42,197 bases of DNA from a virus. Lineage: Duplodnaviria; Caudoviricetes. Below the pieces are notes generated by a model. It saw only the letters and a program-made list of their open reading frames with translations. It was not told the DNA's origin and searched no databases. The position numbers and the translations under genes were made by a program. The stretch is taken from positions 1-42,197 of the IMG/VR virus record IMGVR_UViG_3300042997_001027; one strand, given 5' to 3'. Positions 1 to 8,230 of the stretch are shown piece after piece (positions within the stretch are counted from its first letter, which is position 1; each line of letters starts with the position of its first letter).

Positions 1-315
1 CACTGTGAAGCCTTGAGCGGCAGCGTAGCGTGCTGCCCATAAGGACGTTTCGTTCTTGGCTCTAGCGGCCTCATAGGCATCCTTAATGGCGAGCTGTCGG
101 GGCGAACCCTTGCCGATGATGCGACCATCCGGGCGGGACTTGCTGTTATTCAGCAGCCACGAGCTCAAGTCCTTGCGGTTCGTCTTGAACTGCTTGCACA
201 GGTCGTCCACGAGGATGTGCGTGTTCTTCTCCCAGAAGGCATAGGCCGCCTGAAGTGCCTGCTCCTTCCCCTCCGGGGTGAGGCGAGTTTTATTTGTTTT
301 CGTCTTCTTCGTCAT
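1..315 (-). CDS. hypothetical protein, possible HTH (3' end outside window)
   Basis: Not in the ORF track. ATG at 315 opens a stop-free frame to base 1: MTKKTKTNKTRLTPEGKEQALQAAYAFWEKNTHILVDDLCKQFKTNRKDLSSWL... Confidence 0.55.
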   Translation of the reverse strand, partial: MTKKTKTNKTRLTPEGKEQALQAAYAFWEKNTHILVDDLCKQFKTNRKDLSSWLLNNSKSRPDGRIIGKGSPRQLAIKDAYEAARAKNETSLWAARYAAAQGFTV

Positions 316-517
316 CGGGTTTGGATTTTGGTTTGATGCCTTTTGCTTTGGCGGCTTCTTCACGCTGCAAGGCAAGCCACTGGCGCTTTGCCTCCCATAG
401 CACAAGCTCAGAACGCCAAGCGGTGAACAGGGAGTGTGCTCCGACATAGAAGCACGCAAGGAAAAAGACCCCTCCTAACACGGTGGCGATGCGTATCGCC
501 CAATTGAGCCAGTCCAT
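290..517 (-). CDS. small membrane protein
   Basis: Start moved to MDWLNW at 517, which forms a TGATG overlap with the upstream stop; one hydrophobic segment then a charged tail. Confidence 0.6.
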   Translation of the reverse strand: MDWLNWAIRIATVLGGVFFLACFYVGAHSLFTAWRSELVLWEAKRQWLALQREEAAKAKGIKPKSKPDDEEDENK

Positions 518-756
518 CAGTCGGAGCGCTTGCGGGCGCGGGCAGAGACGGAAACGATTTCCTTTTTCGCTTCCTTGCGGTAAGCATCCCAACGCTTGTT
601 GACGGCAGCTCGGCAGACTTCGGACGGACGACGCTTGGCATCGCCTGTGCCGGCCATACCACCCAGGCGTCCAAGGATGCGTGCGGCATCTTTTACGGCT
701 TGGCGGGCTTCAGCCACGGCTTCATTTTTTTCTTGGTCGCGCAGTTTGGTTTTCAT
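517..756 (-). CDS. small basic hypothetical protein (GRLGG motif)
   Basis: 79 aa ORF, TTGACA upstream at 783-788, stop coupled to the next start. Confidence 0.6.
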   Translation of the reverse strand: MKTKLRDQEKNEAVAEARQAVKDAARILGRLGGMAGTGDAKRRPSEVCRAAVNKRWDAYRKEAKKEIVSVSARARKRSD

Positions 757-849
757 ATGGTTCTATGCAAGTGTTTGGGTTCTGTCAACCCACCCACCGG
801 CTATTAGGCCGACGGGCAAGAAGACTCCAAGCAGTCCTGCGGTGCGTTG

Positions 850-1101
850 TCAAGACTTGCGAGTGACCTCTTTCACAGCGTTGACCACGGCTTCACGGAG
901 GAAGACGGAGACGACACCGTGGCGGCGACCACGCAGGGCGTTGAGGAACGGAGCGACCTCATTGTATTCCTGCGAACCAGGAGTGAAGCTTACTGTCATG
1001 TTGAGTGACTTGGACTTCGCCTTGCGGATGCTGCGGGCATAGTGGATTGCAACGCTTTCAAGCTTCGTAGGCCGGCCGCGTTTACGTTTGATGTTTTTCA
1101 T
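850..1101 (-). CDS. putative DNA-binding protein (AT-hook-like plus ribbon-helix-helix-like)
   Basis: Start moved to MKNIKRKRGRP; C-terminal SVFLREAV helix. Confidence 0.5.
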   Translation of the reverse strand: MKNIKRKRGRPTKLESVAIHYARSIRKAKSKSLNMTVSFTPGSQEYNEVAPFLNALRGRRHGVVSVFLREAVVNAVKEVTRKS

Positions 1102-1123
1102 TTTTGGTTGTGGGTAGAAAGGA

Positions 1124-1411
1124 TTAAGAGCTCTTGTCCTGGTCGGTGTAAGCAGCCTCGATGCGCTTGTTCGAGTGAGCACAGGTGAGAGAGTTGTCCT
1201 CCCAATTGATGTCGCACCCGATGACCATCCATCCACCGGACTTGTCGTCGGTGTTGATGGCTTCTAGGATAAGGGCTTGGTTCGCTTGTGCGGACTCAAA
1301 GGACAGGGCTTCACCGTCAGCGGTGATGAAGTAGCGAGGGTAACCGCCAGGAAAGGCGTAAGCGCCGGCGGTGAGGTCCTTGATGAATTGGTCGTATTTA
1401 TATCGGGGCAT
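1124..1411 (-). CDS. hypothetical phage protein (AFPGGYP motif)
   Basis: 95 aa ORF with ATGACC-N17-CATAGT promoter-like element upstream. Confidence 0.65.
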   Translation of the reverse strand: MPRYKYDQFIKDLTAGAYAFPGGYPRYFITADGEALSFESAQANQALILEAINTDDKSGGWMVIGCDINWEDNSLTCAHSNKRIEAAYTDQDKSS

Positions 1412-1467
1412 AAGGTGTTAGGGGCGGTAAAAGAAGCCCACGACTATGACTGCAAGGCAGAAGGCGG

Positions 1468-1599
1468 TCATTCGACGTCGCGCTTCCAGGCGTTGCGGTC
1501 AGACTTCTGCTTCTGCTTCTTCGGGATGAAGACCGCAGAGGCTCGGCCACCGGTCTTGCGAACCGAGGCGAGGACTTCCTTGAAGGTAATCTTTTTCAT
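1468..1599 (-). CDS. small basic protein, probably leaderless (43 aa)
   Basis: TTGACA-N17-TCTACT-N6-ATG gives MKKITFKEVLASVRKTGG...; the longer 170 aa call overlaps the next gene. Confidence 0.6.
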   Translation of the reverse strand: MKKITFKEVLASVRKTGGRASAVFIPKKQKQKSDRNAWKRDVE

Positions 1600-1630
1600 G
1601 CGGGTAGTAGAACGCAGTCGCTTGCGTTTG

Positions 1631-2206
1631 TCAAGCGGAGATTTTGAACTTCTTTTTGGCTTCACTAAAGGAGGCGGCGGTGAGCTTCGAGCCGCGGTAT
1701 CCTGGCGAACCACCATTCGTGGCAGAGCAGAACAGGGCGCGGGCGATAACCTCGTTGTGGGCAAGCAGAGCCTTGGATTGGGCGTTGGTTTCCCGACCGG
1801 ACTCGTTGTAGTAGTGGCCAGCAGTGCCGTCCCAATAGATGGGCGAGGAGGGATTGAAAGGATGCCAGATGTTCGTCTGCTGACGGCTGCCGTGGTCTGC
1901 CCACAGGATGAGGCGACGGCCCTGCACGCCAGTCTTGTGGATTTCGACAGTCTTCTCGTTGGCGAGAAGGTCGAGAACAACGGTCACAAGGACCGGTCCA
2001 TTGAAGGACAGCGAGAGCGAGTGGTCGAGGACTTCAACGGAGAGGGACACCGGAGAGCCTTCAGAGACGTGGATGACCTCCTTGGTGGAGTCATCTTCAA
2101 TCGCCTTAATCCAGGCGACCTGCGCCTTCGTAGGACGGTTCGTGATGCGGTCCGTGGGAGCGGGACGCTTTTTCTGGGAAGCCATAGCCATCATCATTGG
2201 GTTCAT
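1631..2206 (-). CDS. hypothetical protein
   Basis: 191 aa ORF directly after TTGACT-N17-CAACTT-N6. Confidence 0.65.
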   Translation of the reverse strand: MNPMMMAMASQKKRPAPTDRITNRPTKAQVAWIKAIEDDSTKEVIHVSEGSPVSLSVEVLDHSLSLSFNGPVLVTVVLDLLANEKTVEIHKTGVQGRRLILWADHGSRQQTNIWHPFNPSSPIYWDGTAGHYYNESGRETNAQSKALLAHNEVIARALFCSATNGGSPGYRGSKLTAASFSEAKKKFKISA

Positions 2207-2247
2207 TTGGACAAGTTGGACAAGCGGTTGAGAATAGTCAAGAAGAA

Positions 2248-2949
2248 TTATTCAGCTCCCTTGAGGTAGAGGGCCGGCATCTCTGCCTTGGCCTTTTCAA
2301 ACTTCTCGTCGTTGATAGGTCGCACCTCGATGGTCGCAGCGAGCGACTCGGCGTTGCGAGCTACGCGCATAGCCACGCTGTTGCCCGCCTTGAGAACCAA
2401 GGTAGCGTTCACCCAATTGACTGCCTCATTAGAGGACCAGCGACCACGACCGTTGCGTCGGGTAGAGGAACGCCAATAGTCCTTCGTAGGAATAAGCGGA
2501 GTGCTGAAGCCGGGAGAGCAGGGGCAGGAGCATCCCGCCTTGCGTGCCCATCGGACACCCTTTGCCTTCTCCACATCAGCCATCGTGTAGCCAGGAGGGA
2601 GCTTTGCCATACCATTGGCGAGGACCTGCTTCATTACGGAAGCGAGGTGCTTGCGGTATTCAACAAAGCGTTCGTCGCCGTCCCACGACTCGCTGCCGCG
2701 GGTCATAAGGTTTTCTAGGACATTGAACTTTTCGTCGGCTTCCTTGCGGATGTCCAGGGCGATGATAAGGTTGCTGTGCCTGTCGGTCAGCGAGGACATT
2801 GAGAGGTCAGCGAGCTCGCACTTGGCGTTCGAGGCCGGCGTGATGTCCTTGGACACGGCGAGCTTGAAGTAGCGTCCGCTGTCACCGTCTTGGGTTGGCG
2901 TGAGCGTTGGTAGGCCGTTCACGAGGTCGAGTTCTGGTTGGGATGTCAT
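2248..2949 (-). CDS. hypothetical phage protein with KAGCSCPCSPGF motif
   Basis: 233 aa ORF tiling with its neighbours; Cys cluster. Confidence 0.7.
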   Translation of the reverse strand: MTSQPELDLVNGLPTLTPTQDGDSGRYFKLAVSKDITPASNAKCELADLSMSSLTDRHSNLIIALDIRKEADEKFNVLENLMTRGSESWDGDERFVEYRKHLASVMKQVLANGMAKLPPGYTMADVEKAKGVRWARKAGCSCPCSPGFSTPLIPTKDYWRSSTRRNGRGRWSSNEAVNWVNATLVLKAGNSVAMRVARNAESLAATIEVRPINDEKFEKAKAEMPALYLKGAE

Positions 2950-2953
2950 AGAA

Positions 2954-3205
2954 TTAGAGGTAGTAGCCGGGGGTAGAGGAACCCCAACAGTTGTCCGCCT
3001 TGATGCGGCTGATTTCTTCGCAGGCAGATGCCATCAGCTTGTAGTTTTCCTGCAAGGCGAGGCGGAGGCCGGCAACCATCGAGACGGCTTCGGGTGATAA
3101 GCCACTAGCGTCGAGCGTGATGATAGCACGCTTGAGGCGAGTTTCCGTTTCGATGCGGGCTGCGAGGTCGGCGCGGAGAGCGAGGATTTCTTCTTGAGGA
3201 GTCAT
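2954..3205 (-). CDS. hypothetical coiled-coil protein
   Basis: 83 aa ORF, TTGACA at 3243-3248. Confidence 0.6.
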   Translation of the reverse strand: MTPQEEILALRADLAARIETETRLKRAIITLDASGLSPEAVSMVAGLRLALQENYKLMASACEEISRIKADNCWGSSTPGYYL

Positions 3206-3244
3206 AGTGAGAGGGTGTCGTTGTGGAAGCGTTTGCGTAGAATG

Positions 3245-3628
3245 TCAAGCGACAACCTTGGGGGCTGCACGATTGATGGCGAACATCGGGCCGACACGCA
3301 TCAGAGTCTTCACCTTGGAGGCGAACTCTGCCGTGGTCATCGAGATGTCCTTGGAGTCACCGGTGCGGAGGTTGGTGCCGAGCAGGATGGCGTTACCCAT
3401 CAGCGGGCTGTCGTAGCCTTCGTAAGTGAAGCCGACGGTGGTGTCGTTAATCAGACCCTCGTCGTCAACGTAGAGCGTGTCGCCCTTGTCATTGACCTGG
3501 ACGGTCGTGAAGTAGTTGCAGCCGATGAGGCGGCTGATGTCGGAGAAGTCTTTGATGACAACTTCCGTGATGGTGTTCTCCTTGGCGTTGAGCAGGAGGG
3601 CGCAGTCGGCGCGGGTGTTCTTAGGCAT
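3245..3628 (-). CDS. DUF3846-like phage protein
   Basis: LIGC...LYVDDEGL...GNAILLG motifs; start moved to MPKNT. Confidence 0.65.
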   Translation of the reverse strand: MPKNTRADCALLLNAKENTITEVVIKDFSDISRLIGCNYFTTVQVNDKGDTLYVDDEGLINDTTVGFTYEGYDSPLMGNAILLGTNLRTGDSKDISMTTAEFASKVKTLMRVGPMFAINRAAPKVVA

Positions 3629-3722
3629 AGTCGTGTGATGAGAGTCCACACAACTTGGTCAACCGATTGCGTATTGTCGAGATTTATTTTCAGAAATCTT
3701 CCAGGCACCCTCCTGGCCGGTC

Positions 3723-3908
3723 TTACGACTGTGGCTTGAGCGTGTCCATCTCCGCTACGATAGCCGCGAGCATGTAAAGGTGAGCCTGCGTGGTCACGGG
3801 AGTGGCCTCCGAGCGTCGTAGGCGTGCCCCAAGCTCGTTCGCATAGATGAAGTCCTGTTCGAGCATAAAGAGGCGTGTAGAGACAGGGGAAGGAGTATCT
3901 TGAGGCAT
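3723..3908 (-). CDS. hypothetical protein
   Basis: Start moved to MPQDT, downstream of TTGACA (3942-3947) and TACGTT. Confidence 0.5.
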   Translation of the reverse strand: MPQDTPSPVSTRLFMLEQDFIYANELGARLRRSEATPVTTQAHLYMLAAIVAEMDTLKPQS

Positions 3909-4047
3909 AAAGGGAGTAACGTAGCGGGATGCGTTGCTGCCTGTCAATCCCTGCGCCCGGTTATTAGGATAAGACGGCTCGCAAAACTTTCTTATTGACT
4001 ACCGCTTGGGAAGTCATCAACCTCTATCTCGTTCCAATAACACAACT

Positions 4048-4320
4048 ATGCCCCGCAAACTATATTCCGTCGTCAGCGTCCTCCGGGCTGACACCTCTGA
4101 CCTCACCAAGCTCTCTGCCCAGCAGATTGTGAAGCGACTGCCTTACACGCTCGATGACGAAGCCGTCTACGGCGTGGGGGGCGCCTACCAGATGTATGCC
4201 GATATGTATGGCGAACAGGCGAGCGAGATGCGTGCCAATGAGATGAACCCCGGCACCTTCAAGCAGTGGCTCACCCGCCAGGTCAGCCGAGTCCGCTACC
4301 ACGCGGCTCGTCGGGCGTAA
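4048..4320 (+). CDS. hypothetical protein
   Basis: Start MPRKL after TTGACT-N17-CAACCT and an A/C-rich leader. Confidence 0.6.
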   Translation: MPRKLYSVVSVLRADTSDLTKLSAQQIVKRLPYTLDDEAVYGVGGAYQMYADMYGEQASEMRANEMNPGTFKQWLTRQVSRVRYHAARRA

Positions 4321-4363
4321 AGAACCGCTTGACTATTTCGCAACACCTGACCAGTCTGTTCTT

Positions 4364-4561
4364 ATGCAGATGAAACTCTTCAATCCTATCAAGGTAGATG
4401 CCCGCAAGGGCACGAAGCTTTACGTCACCACGACCAAAGGCATCTTGGACCTGTATGAGTCTGCGGTCAGCACCATCGTCATCGGCGACGCCCTGTTCAT
4501 TACAACGCTCCCCCGGTGGGCATGCGTTCGCTTCGGACTGTGGCACCTTGTCCGCAAATAA
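4364..4561 (+). CDS. hypothetical protein, probably leaderless
   Basis: TTGACT-N17-CAGTCT-N6-ATG. Confidence 0.55.
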   Translation: MQMKLFNPIKVDARKGTKLYVTTTKGILDLYESAVSTIVIGDALFITTLPRWACVRFGLWHLVRK

Positions 4562-4616
4562 ATCTTCTCTCACCCCCTTGCGCCTACCACATTGGTGGGC
4601 ATACCAATTCTCTCAC

Positions 4617-5066
4617 ATGCGCTACCCTGCCTCCAAATACGACCGTGTCACGCACCTCATCCTCGATGATGTTGAGCAGACGGAACTCACCCTCAAGGAG
4701 ATTGCTGTGAAGCACCAGGTCTCCCACGCCTTCGTAGCCAATCGCCTCAAGGACTACGGCATCAAACACGGACGCAAGTCCGGTGCGGCGCTCAAGCCTT
4801 CCGAAATCCAGCAAATCATCGTCCTGTCCAAACAGGGCGCTCACCCCAAGGACCTAGCAAATAAGTATAGCGTGACAGAGGCGAGCATCTACCGCCACCG
4901 CAAGTTGGCCGGCATCCCGGCGAGCGACGAGCGGGTCTATGTCCACATCAAGTGCAAGTTGTCCGCAGCAACGGAGGCGCGAAAGGTGGCATCCTTCTTT
5001 GGTATGCAGGCCTCCACGTTTGTGAGCGAGGCAATTGCCCACTACATCAAGCACCTCAAGTCGTGA
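4617..5066 (+). CDS. DNA-binding protein with two HTH motifs and an RHH-like C-terminus
   Basis: TLKEIAVKHQVSHAFVANRL; PKDLANKYSVTEASIYRH; ASTFVSEAIAHY; start moved to MRYPA. Confidence 0.7.
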   Translation: MRYPASKYDRVTHLILDDVEQTELTLKEIAVKHQVSHAFVANRLKDYGIKHGRKSGAALKPSEIQQIIVLSKQGAHPKDLANKYSVTEASIYRHRKLAGIPASDERVYVHIKCKLSAATEARKVASFFGMQASTFVSEAIAHYIKHLKS

Positions 5067-5398
5067 AGTCCCGCAACACCAGTCCGACCTTCTCTCCAGC
5101 GGAGGTGCCTAATACGCCGGTGGCTCTCCTCAACAAGGTCCGCACCGCCGGCGGGCTGCACAACATCGTGTCGGCTCTGAACACCACGCGCGAGGGCGAC
5201 CCCTTGGTTCGCTTCAGGCAGACCGACCATTGGGAAGTTTCTAGAGGAGTGCCTCGCTACTCTGTCCAGGTCTACGACCTAGCAAAGGATATGGAGACGC
5301 ACTCATACGACGTCGACACGCTCACGGAAGTCCGCGCGTTTCTGCTCGGCATCATCTCTCTCCGGCGCTTCAGAAAAAATCTAAAACCCAACGCTTGA
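5063..5398 (+). CDS. hypothetical protein
   Basis: GTGA overlap with the upstream stop. Confidence 0.5.
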   Translation: MKSRNTSPTFSPAEVPNTPVALLNKVRTAGGLHNIVSALNTTREGDPLVRFRQTDHWEVSRGVPRYSVQVYDLAKDMETHSYDVDTLTEVRAFLLGIISLRRFRKNLKPNA

Positions 5399-5438
5399 CT
5401 TTTCGCAACCGGTAGCCCACATTACTTTTCTCTCACCC

Positions 5439-5654
5439 ATGAACCGCAATAACATTAGCCCTAAGAACGTTGTGCGAGCCGAAGAAGACCTCCAGGTCGC
5501 TAAGCTCCGCCACGAGAACAACCGCACGCTCTCCACGCAACTCGCCCTTCACAAGGCCGAGAAGACTTTGGAGCGCCTCTACAAACAGGTCAACCCCCAC
5601 GCCCTTGCCGCCCACCGTCAGGTGCAGGCGAAGATGGCCGGCCTCGCCGAGTAA
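5439..5654 (+). CDS. hypothetical protein
   Basis: Follows TTGACT-N17-CACATT; first gene of a tightly packed run. Confidence 0.6.
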   Translation: MNRNNISPKNVVRAEEDLQVAKLRHENNRTLSTQLALHKAEKTLERLYKQVNPHALAAHRQVQAKMAGLAE

Positions 5655-5659
5655 TCACT

Positions 5660-5872
5660 ATGACCGACGCAAACTCCAAGCCGGTCGCAGGGACTGCCCG
5701 CCTAGCACGCCGTCGTGAGGAACGCCTCGCGCGTGAGGCCAAGCCCCGCCGCGAACCGCACAACATCTACTTGCTCCCGAAGCGGGAGAAGCCCACCGCC
5801 GAACAGTTGGGCACGCCCTCTCCCGAAATGGGTGACGTCGGCGGCTACGACCTCAACGGCAACCCTCTTTAA
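5660..5872 (+). CDS. hypothetical protein
   Basis: 70 aa ORF tiling with neighbours. Confidence 0.55.
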   Translation: MTDANSKPVAGTARLARRREERLAREAKPRREPHNIYLLPKREKPTAEQLGTPSPEMGDVGGYDLNGNPL

Positions 5873-5876
5873 TCCT

Positions 5877-6131
5877 ATGAGCGAAATCCAACTCAAAGCC
5901 CAAGTCATCGACTCTCTCTTCGAGGCAGCCCTTGCCTTGCGCGAGAAAGCTCGTGAGACGAGCCACACCGACCAGAACCACGCTGACGCTATGGAAGCCG
6001 GTGCGATGGCTCTCTGCGTCATCTGGTCCACCTGGAAAGAGAAGGCCGAGGACGAGACTCTTGACTTCCAGCGTCGTGCTATCGAGACTGCCTGCGCCCG
6101 ACTCAACCGCCTTACCCCCAAATCCAACTAA
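5877..6131 (+). CDS. hypothetical helical protein
   Basis: Start moved to MSEIQ, 4 nt after the upstream stop. Confidence 0.6.
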   Translation: MSEIQLKAQVIDSLFEAALALREKARETSHTDQNHADAMEAGAMALCVIWSTWKEKAEDETLDFQRRAIETACARLNRLTPKSN

Positions 6132-6132
6132 C

Positions 6133-6354
6133 ATGAACGCTGAAACCTACCACAAGATGCTGCTGGTTCGCTTCCAACGCCGGCTAGATAAAGCCAAGGG
6201 TGAACTTGCCGACGCCAAGGCTAACGGCCTCCACGGGCAAGCCAAGGTCCTTAAAGACGAGGTCTACGACCTTGACCGGGGACTCCAATACATTGAGGCG
6301 TGGACTCCTTGGTTCATTCAGGAGTTTGAGAAGCAGGAGGTGCCCAATGCCTAA
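6133..6354 (+). CDS. hypothetical protein
   Basis: Start moved to MNAET, 1 nt after the upstream stop. Confidence 0.6.
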   Translation: MNAETYHKMLLVRFQRRLDKAKGELADAKANGLHGQAKVLKDEVYDLDRGLQYIEAWTPWFIQEFEKQEVPNA

Positions 6355-6598
6355 CAAGACCAAGATACACGAGCTGCTCATCAAGTCAGGCCGGCCGGTT
6401 GAGATGGACTCCCGCATCTGCTTTGGCATCCACTTCTTCGACACCGAGGAGAAGGCCAAGGCGTATGGCGAGGCCATCAGGCTGCGAGGGGATGCCTATA
6501 ACGGCGGATACAATCACGGCCGGTCCTGTGGTCGGGATGAGTCTTGGGACTACGTCCGCAAGGACGGCGTGAAGCTTTACGGAGTCACCGTCGCATGA
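6347..6598 (+). CDS. hypothetical phage protein (YNGGYNHGRSCGRD motif)
   Basis: Start moved to MPNKT, 8 nt overlap with the upstream gene. Confidence 0.6.
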   Translation: MPNKTKIHELLIKSGRPVEMDSRICFGIHFFDTEEKAKAYGEAIRLRGDAYNGGYNHGRSCGRDESWDYVRKDGVKLYGVTVA

Positions 6599-6810
6599 GC
6601 CAGGAGCGGTCATACGACCTGGGCAGGGCTGACCGCCTGTGGGCTGCCATCCAACACTTGCGTCAGGACCTGGCTCTGAAGCAAACCAAGACTCCCGATG
6701 GCATCGACCGGGCGCACGCTATGATTGATAGGTATGAGGCAGAACTCTTCCTCATCTGCGCCAAGCACGACCTCAATCCAAGAGACTACGGATACAAAGC
6801 GGTTGACTAA
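6595..6810 (+). CDS. hypothetical protein
   Basis: ATGA overlap, start MSQER. Confidence 0.6.
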   Translation: MSQERSYDLGRADRLWAAIQHLRQDLALKQTKTPDGIDRAHAMIDRYEAELFLICAKHDLNPRDYGYKAVD

Positions 6811-6838
6811 TGCCCAAGGGTAAGAGTATCTAACCACA

Positions 6839-7159
6839 ATGAGCAGCAGACCCTCAACCAAAGCCGTCCACGATGCGTTCATGGCTACTGTGACCGCCGT
6901 AGAATACCTAACAGTCGTGAAGAAACACCTTATCGAGATGCACGTCGCTTCCGAGGAAGTGGATAACTCCACCTTCCTTGTGGAGAACCACCACCGGTGG
7001 GCTGCTCCCGATGCCGATACGCACGATGTCCTGTTTGCCCGGATGGAGAAAGCTAAGACGGACCTATCATCCCGATACGCAGGCAACGAACTCAATCTCC
7101 TTCGCGCTCAAATTGATGAAGCCGAGGTGATGCTACGCCAAGCCAAGGAGCTCCTCTAA
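6839..7159 (+). CDS. hypothetical protein
   Basis: 106 aa ORF, TTGACT upstream. Confidence 0.6.
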   Translation: MSSRPSTKAVHDAFMATVTAVEYLTVVKKHLIEMHVASEEVDNSTFLVENHHRWAAPDADTHDVLFARMEKAKTDLSSRYAGNELNLLRAQIDEAEVMLRQAKELL

Positions 7160-7165
7160 AAGACA

Positions 7166-7228
7166 GAAGCCAGACTGTTACATCTGGCTTCCACGGCTAA
7201 CAGCCGTTAGCGAGTAAGGGGTCCTCGC
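7166..7228 (+). other. three tandem hairpins (terminator, leader or small RNA)
   Basis: GAAGCCAGA/TCTGGCTTC, ACGGCT/AGCCGT, GCGAG/CTCGC followed by ATTTT. Confidence 0.45.
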
Positions 7229-7285
7229 ATTTTACCACATGACCAAACAACAACAACGACTCACCTTGACCAGTGTCAACCGACT

Positions 7286-7513
7286 ATGAACTTGGGCACA
7301 CCACCTAGTATCCGATGTCCCTTTAAGTGCGACAAAGGTTGGATTGGCGAACCAGAACTATCCGTCGATGGTAAGACCTGGACGGCAGAGAGCCAATGCG
7401 CCGGCTGTGGGGCTTACTCCATTTGGGACTTCAATCCTGACCGCCCGCTTCCCGAACAAAAGCTCTTCGTCAAGGAGTCCTTTGAAGGTTTCTGGGAAGG
7501 GCCGCAGTCTTAG
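7286..7513 (+). CDS. putative zinc-ribbon protein
   Basis: CPFKC ... CAGC; last plus-strand gene, converging on the late block. Confidence 0.55.
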   Translation: MNLGTPPSIRCPFKCDKGWIGEPELSVDGKTWTAESQCAGCGAYSIWDFNPDRPLPEQKLFVKESFEGFWEGPQS

Positions 7514-7875
7514 GTTCTACGCTGCGTGTAGTTGCGGATGATTAGCGAGGCTGCTATGCCTGTCCCGCCAACGACAACCGCCAAGCCAATGTCCTTCAGG
7601 TAGCCAAGCGTGCGCGTGGCTGCGGTTAGTTGACCCTCGAGCTTGGCATCGTCGCTCTTCACGCCGGCATCCGTAATGAGTAGGGCCATCGTCTGACTAT
7701 CCTGGAAGCCCGCAAGGACGTAGTCACAGGTCCACGCCGTGAACCCTGCGGCAAGCAGAGAGATGCACAGGAGGCCGAGCAACGCCCACATAAGGTTGAC
7801 CTCTCCAGCGCTCTTGGCGGGCGCGGTAGATGCCTTACTTGCGCTTCTTGGCTTTGCCTTTGGCTTTTTTGCCAC
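7510..7875 (-). CDS. two-TM membrane protein, lysis cassette
   Basis: Two hydrophobic segments; overlaps the holin-like gene. Confidence 0.6.
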   Translation of the reverse strand: MAKKPKAKPRSASKASTAPAKSAGEVNLMWALLGLLCISLLAAGFTAWTCDYVLAGFQDSQTMALLITDAGVKSDDAKLEGQLTAATRTLGYLKDIGLAVVVGGTGIAASLIIRNYTQRRT

Positions 7876-8230
7876 CGGTGACCTCCTTTAGTTTGGCCTC
7901 CCCCTTCGCTTTGACATAGCGGAGGAAGTAATCTGCCACTTCGGGAGCGGCGTAACCCGCACCGCCTACGCATGAGAGCCATAGTCCGGTGCTTGTAAAG
8001 TGGTCCTTGGTAGCCAGGCCGACAATAGCAGCCGTGATGGCAGCCGCGAGGAAGCGGCGCAACACAAAGCCAAAGCTGACCGGCTCCGTCGAAAGTAGGA
8101 TACGCGCCGTCATCGCAAACCCACCGAGGATTGAAGCGATGATGCTGTCCTTCACATACGGACCAAAGTCCACAGCAGCACGACCGGCGTCGCCTGCGGA
8201 GTTCGGGTCAGGTGAAGGAGGAGCGGTCAT
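7835..8230 (-). CDS. putative holin
   Basis: Three hydrophobic segments, GAGYAAPEV motif, very basic C-terminus. Confidence 0.65.
   Translation of the reverse strand: MTAPPSPDPNSAGDAGRAAVDFGPYVKDSIIASILGGFAMTARILLSTEPVSFGFVLRRFLAAAITAAIVGLATKDHFTSTGLWLSCVGGAGYAAPEVADYFLRYVKAKGEAKLKEVTGGKKAKGKAKKRK

Noticed and set aside
1277-2269. 330 aa plus-strand ORF and similar antisense ORFs across the window
   Set aside because: They shadow minus-strand genes that have promoters and tile without gaps
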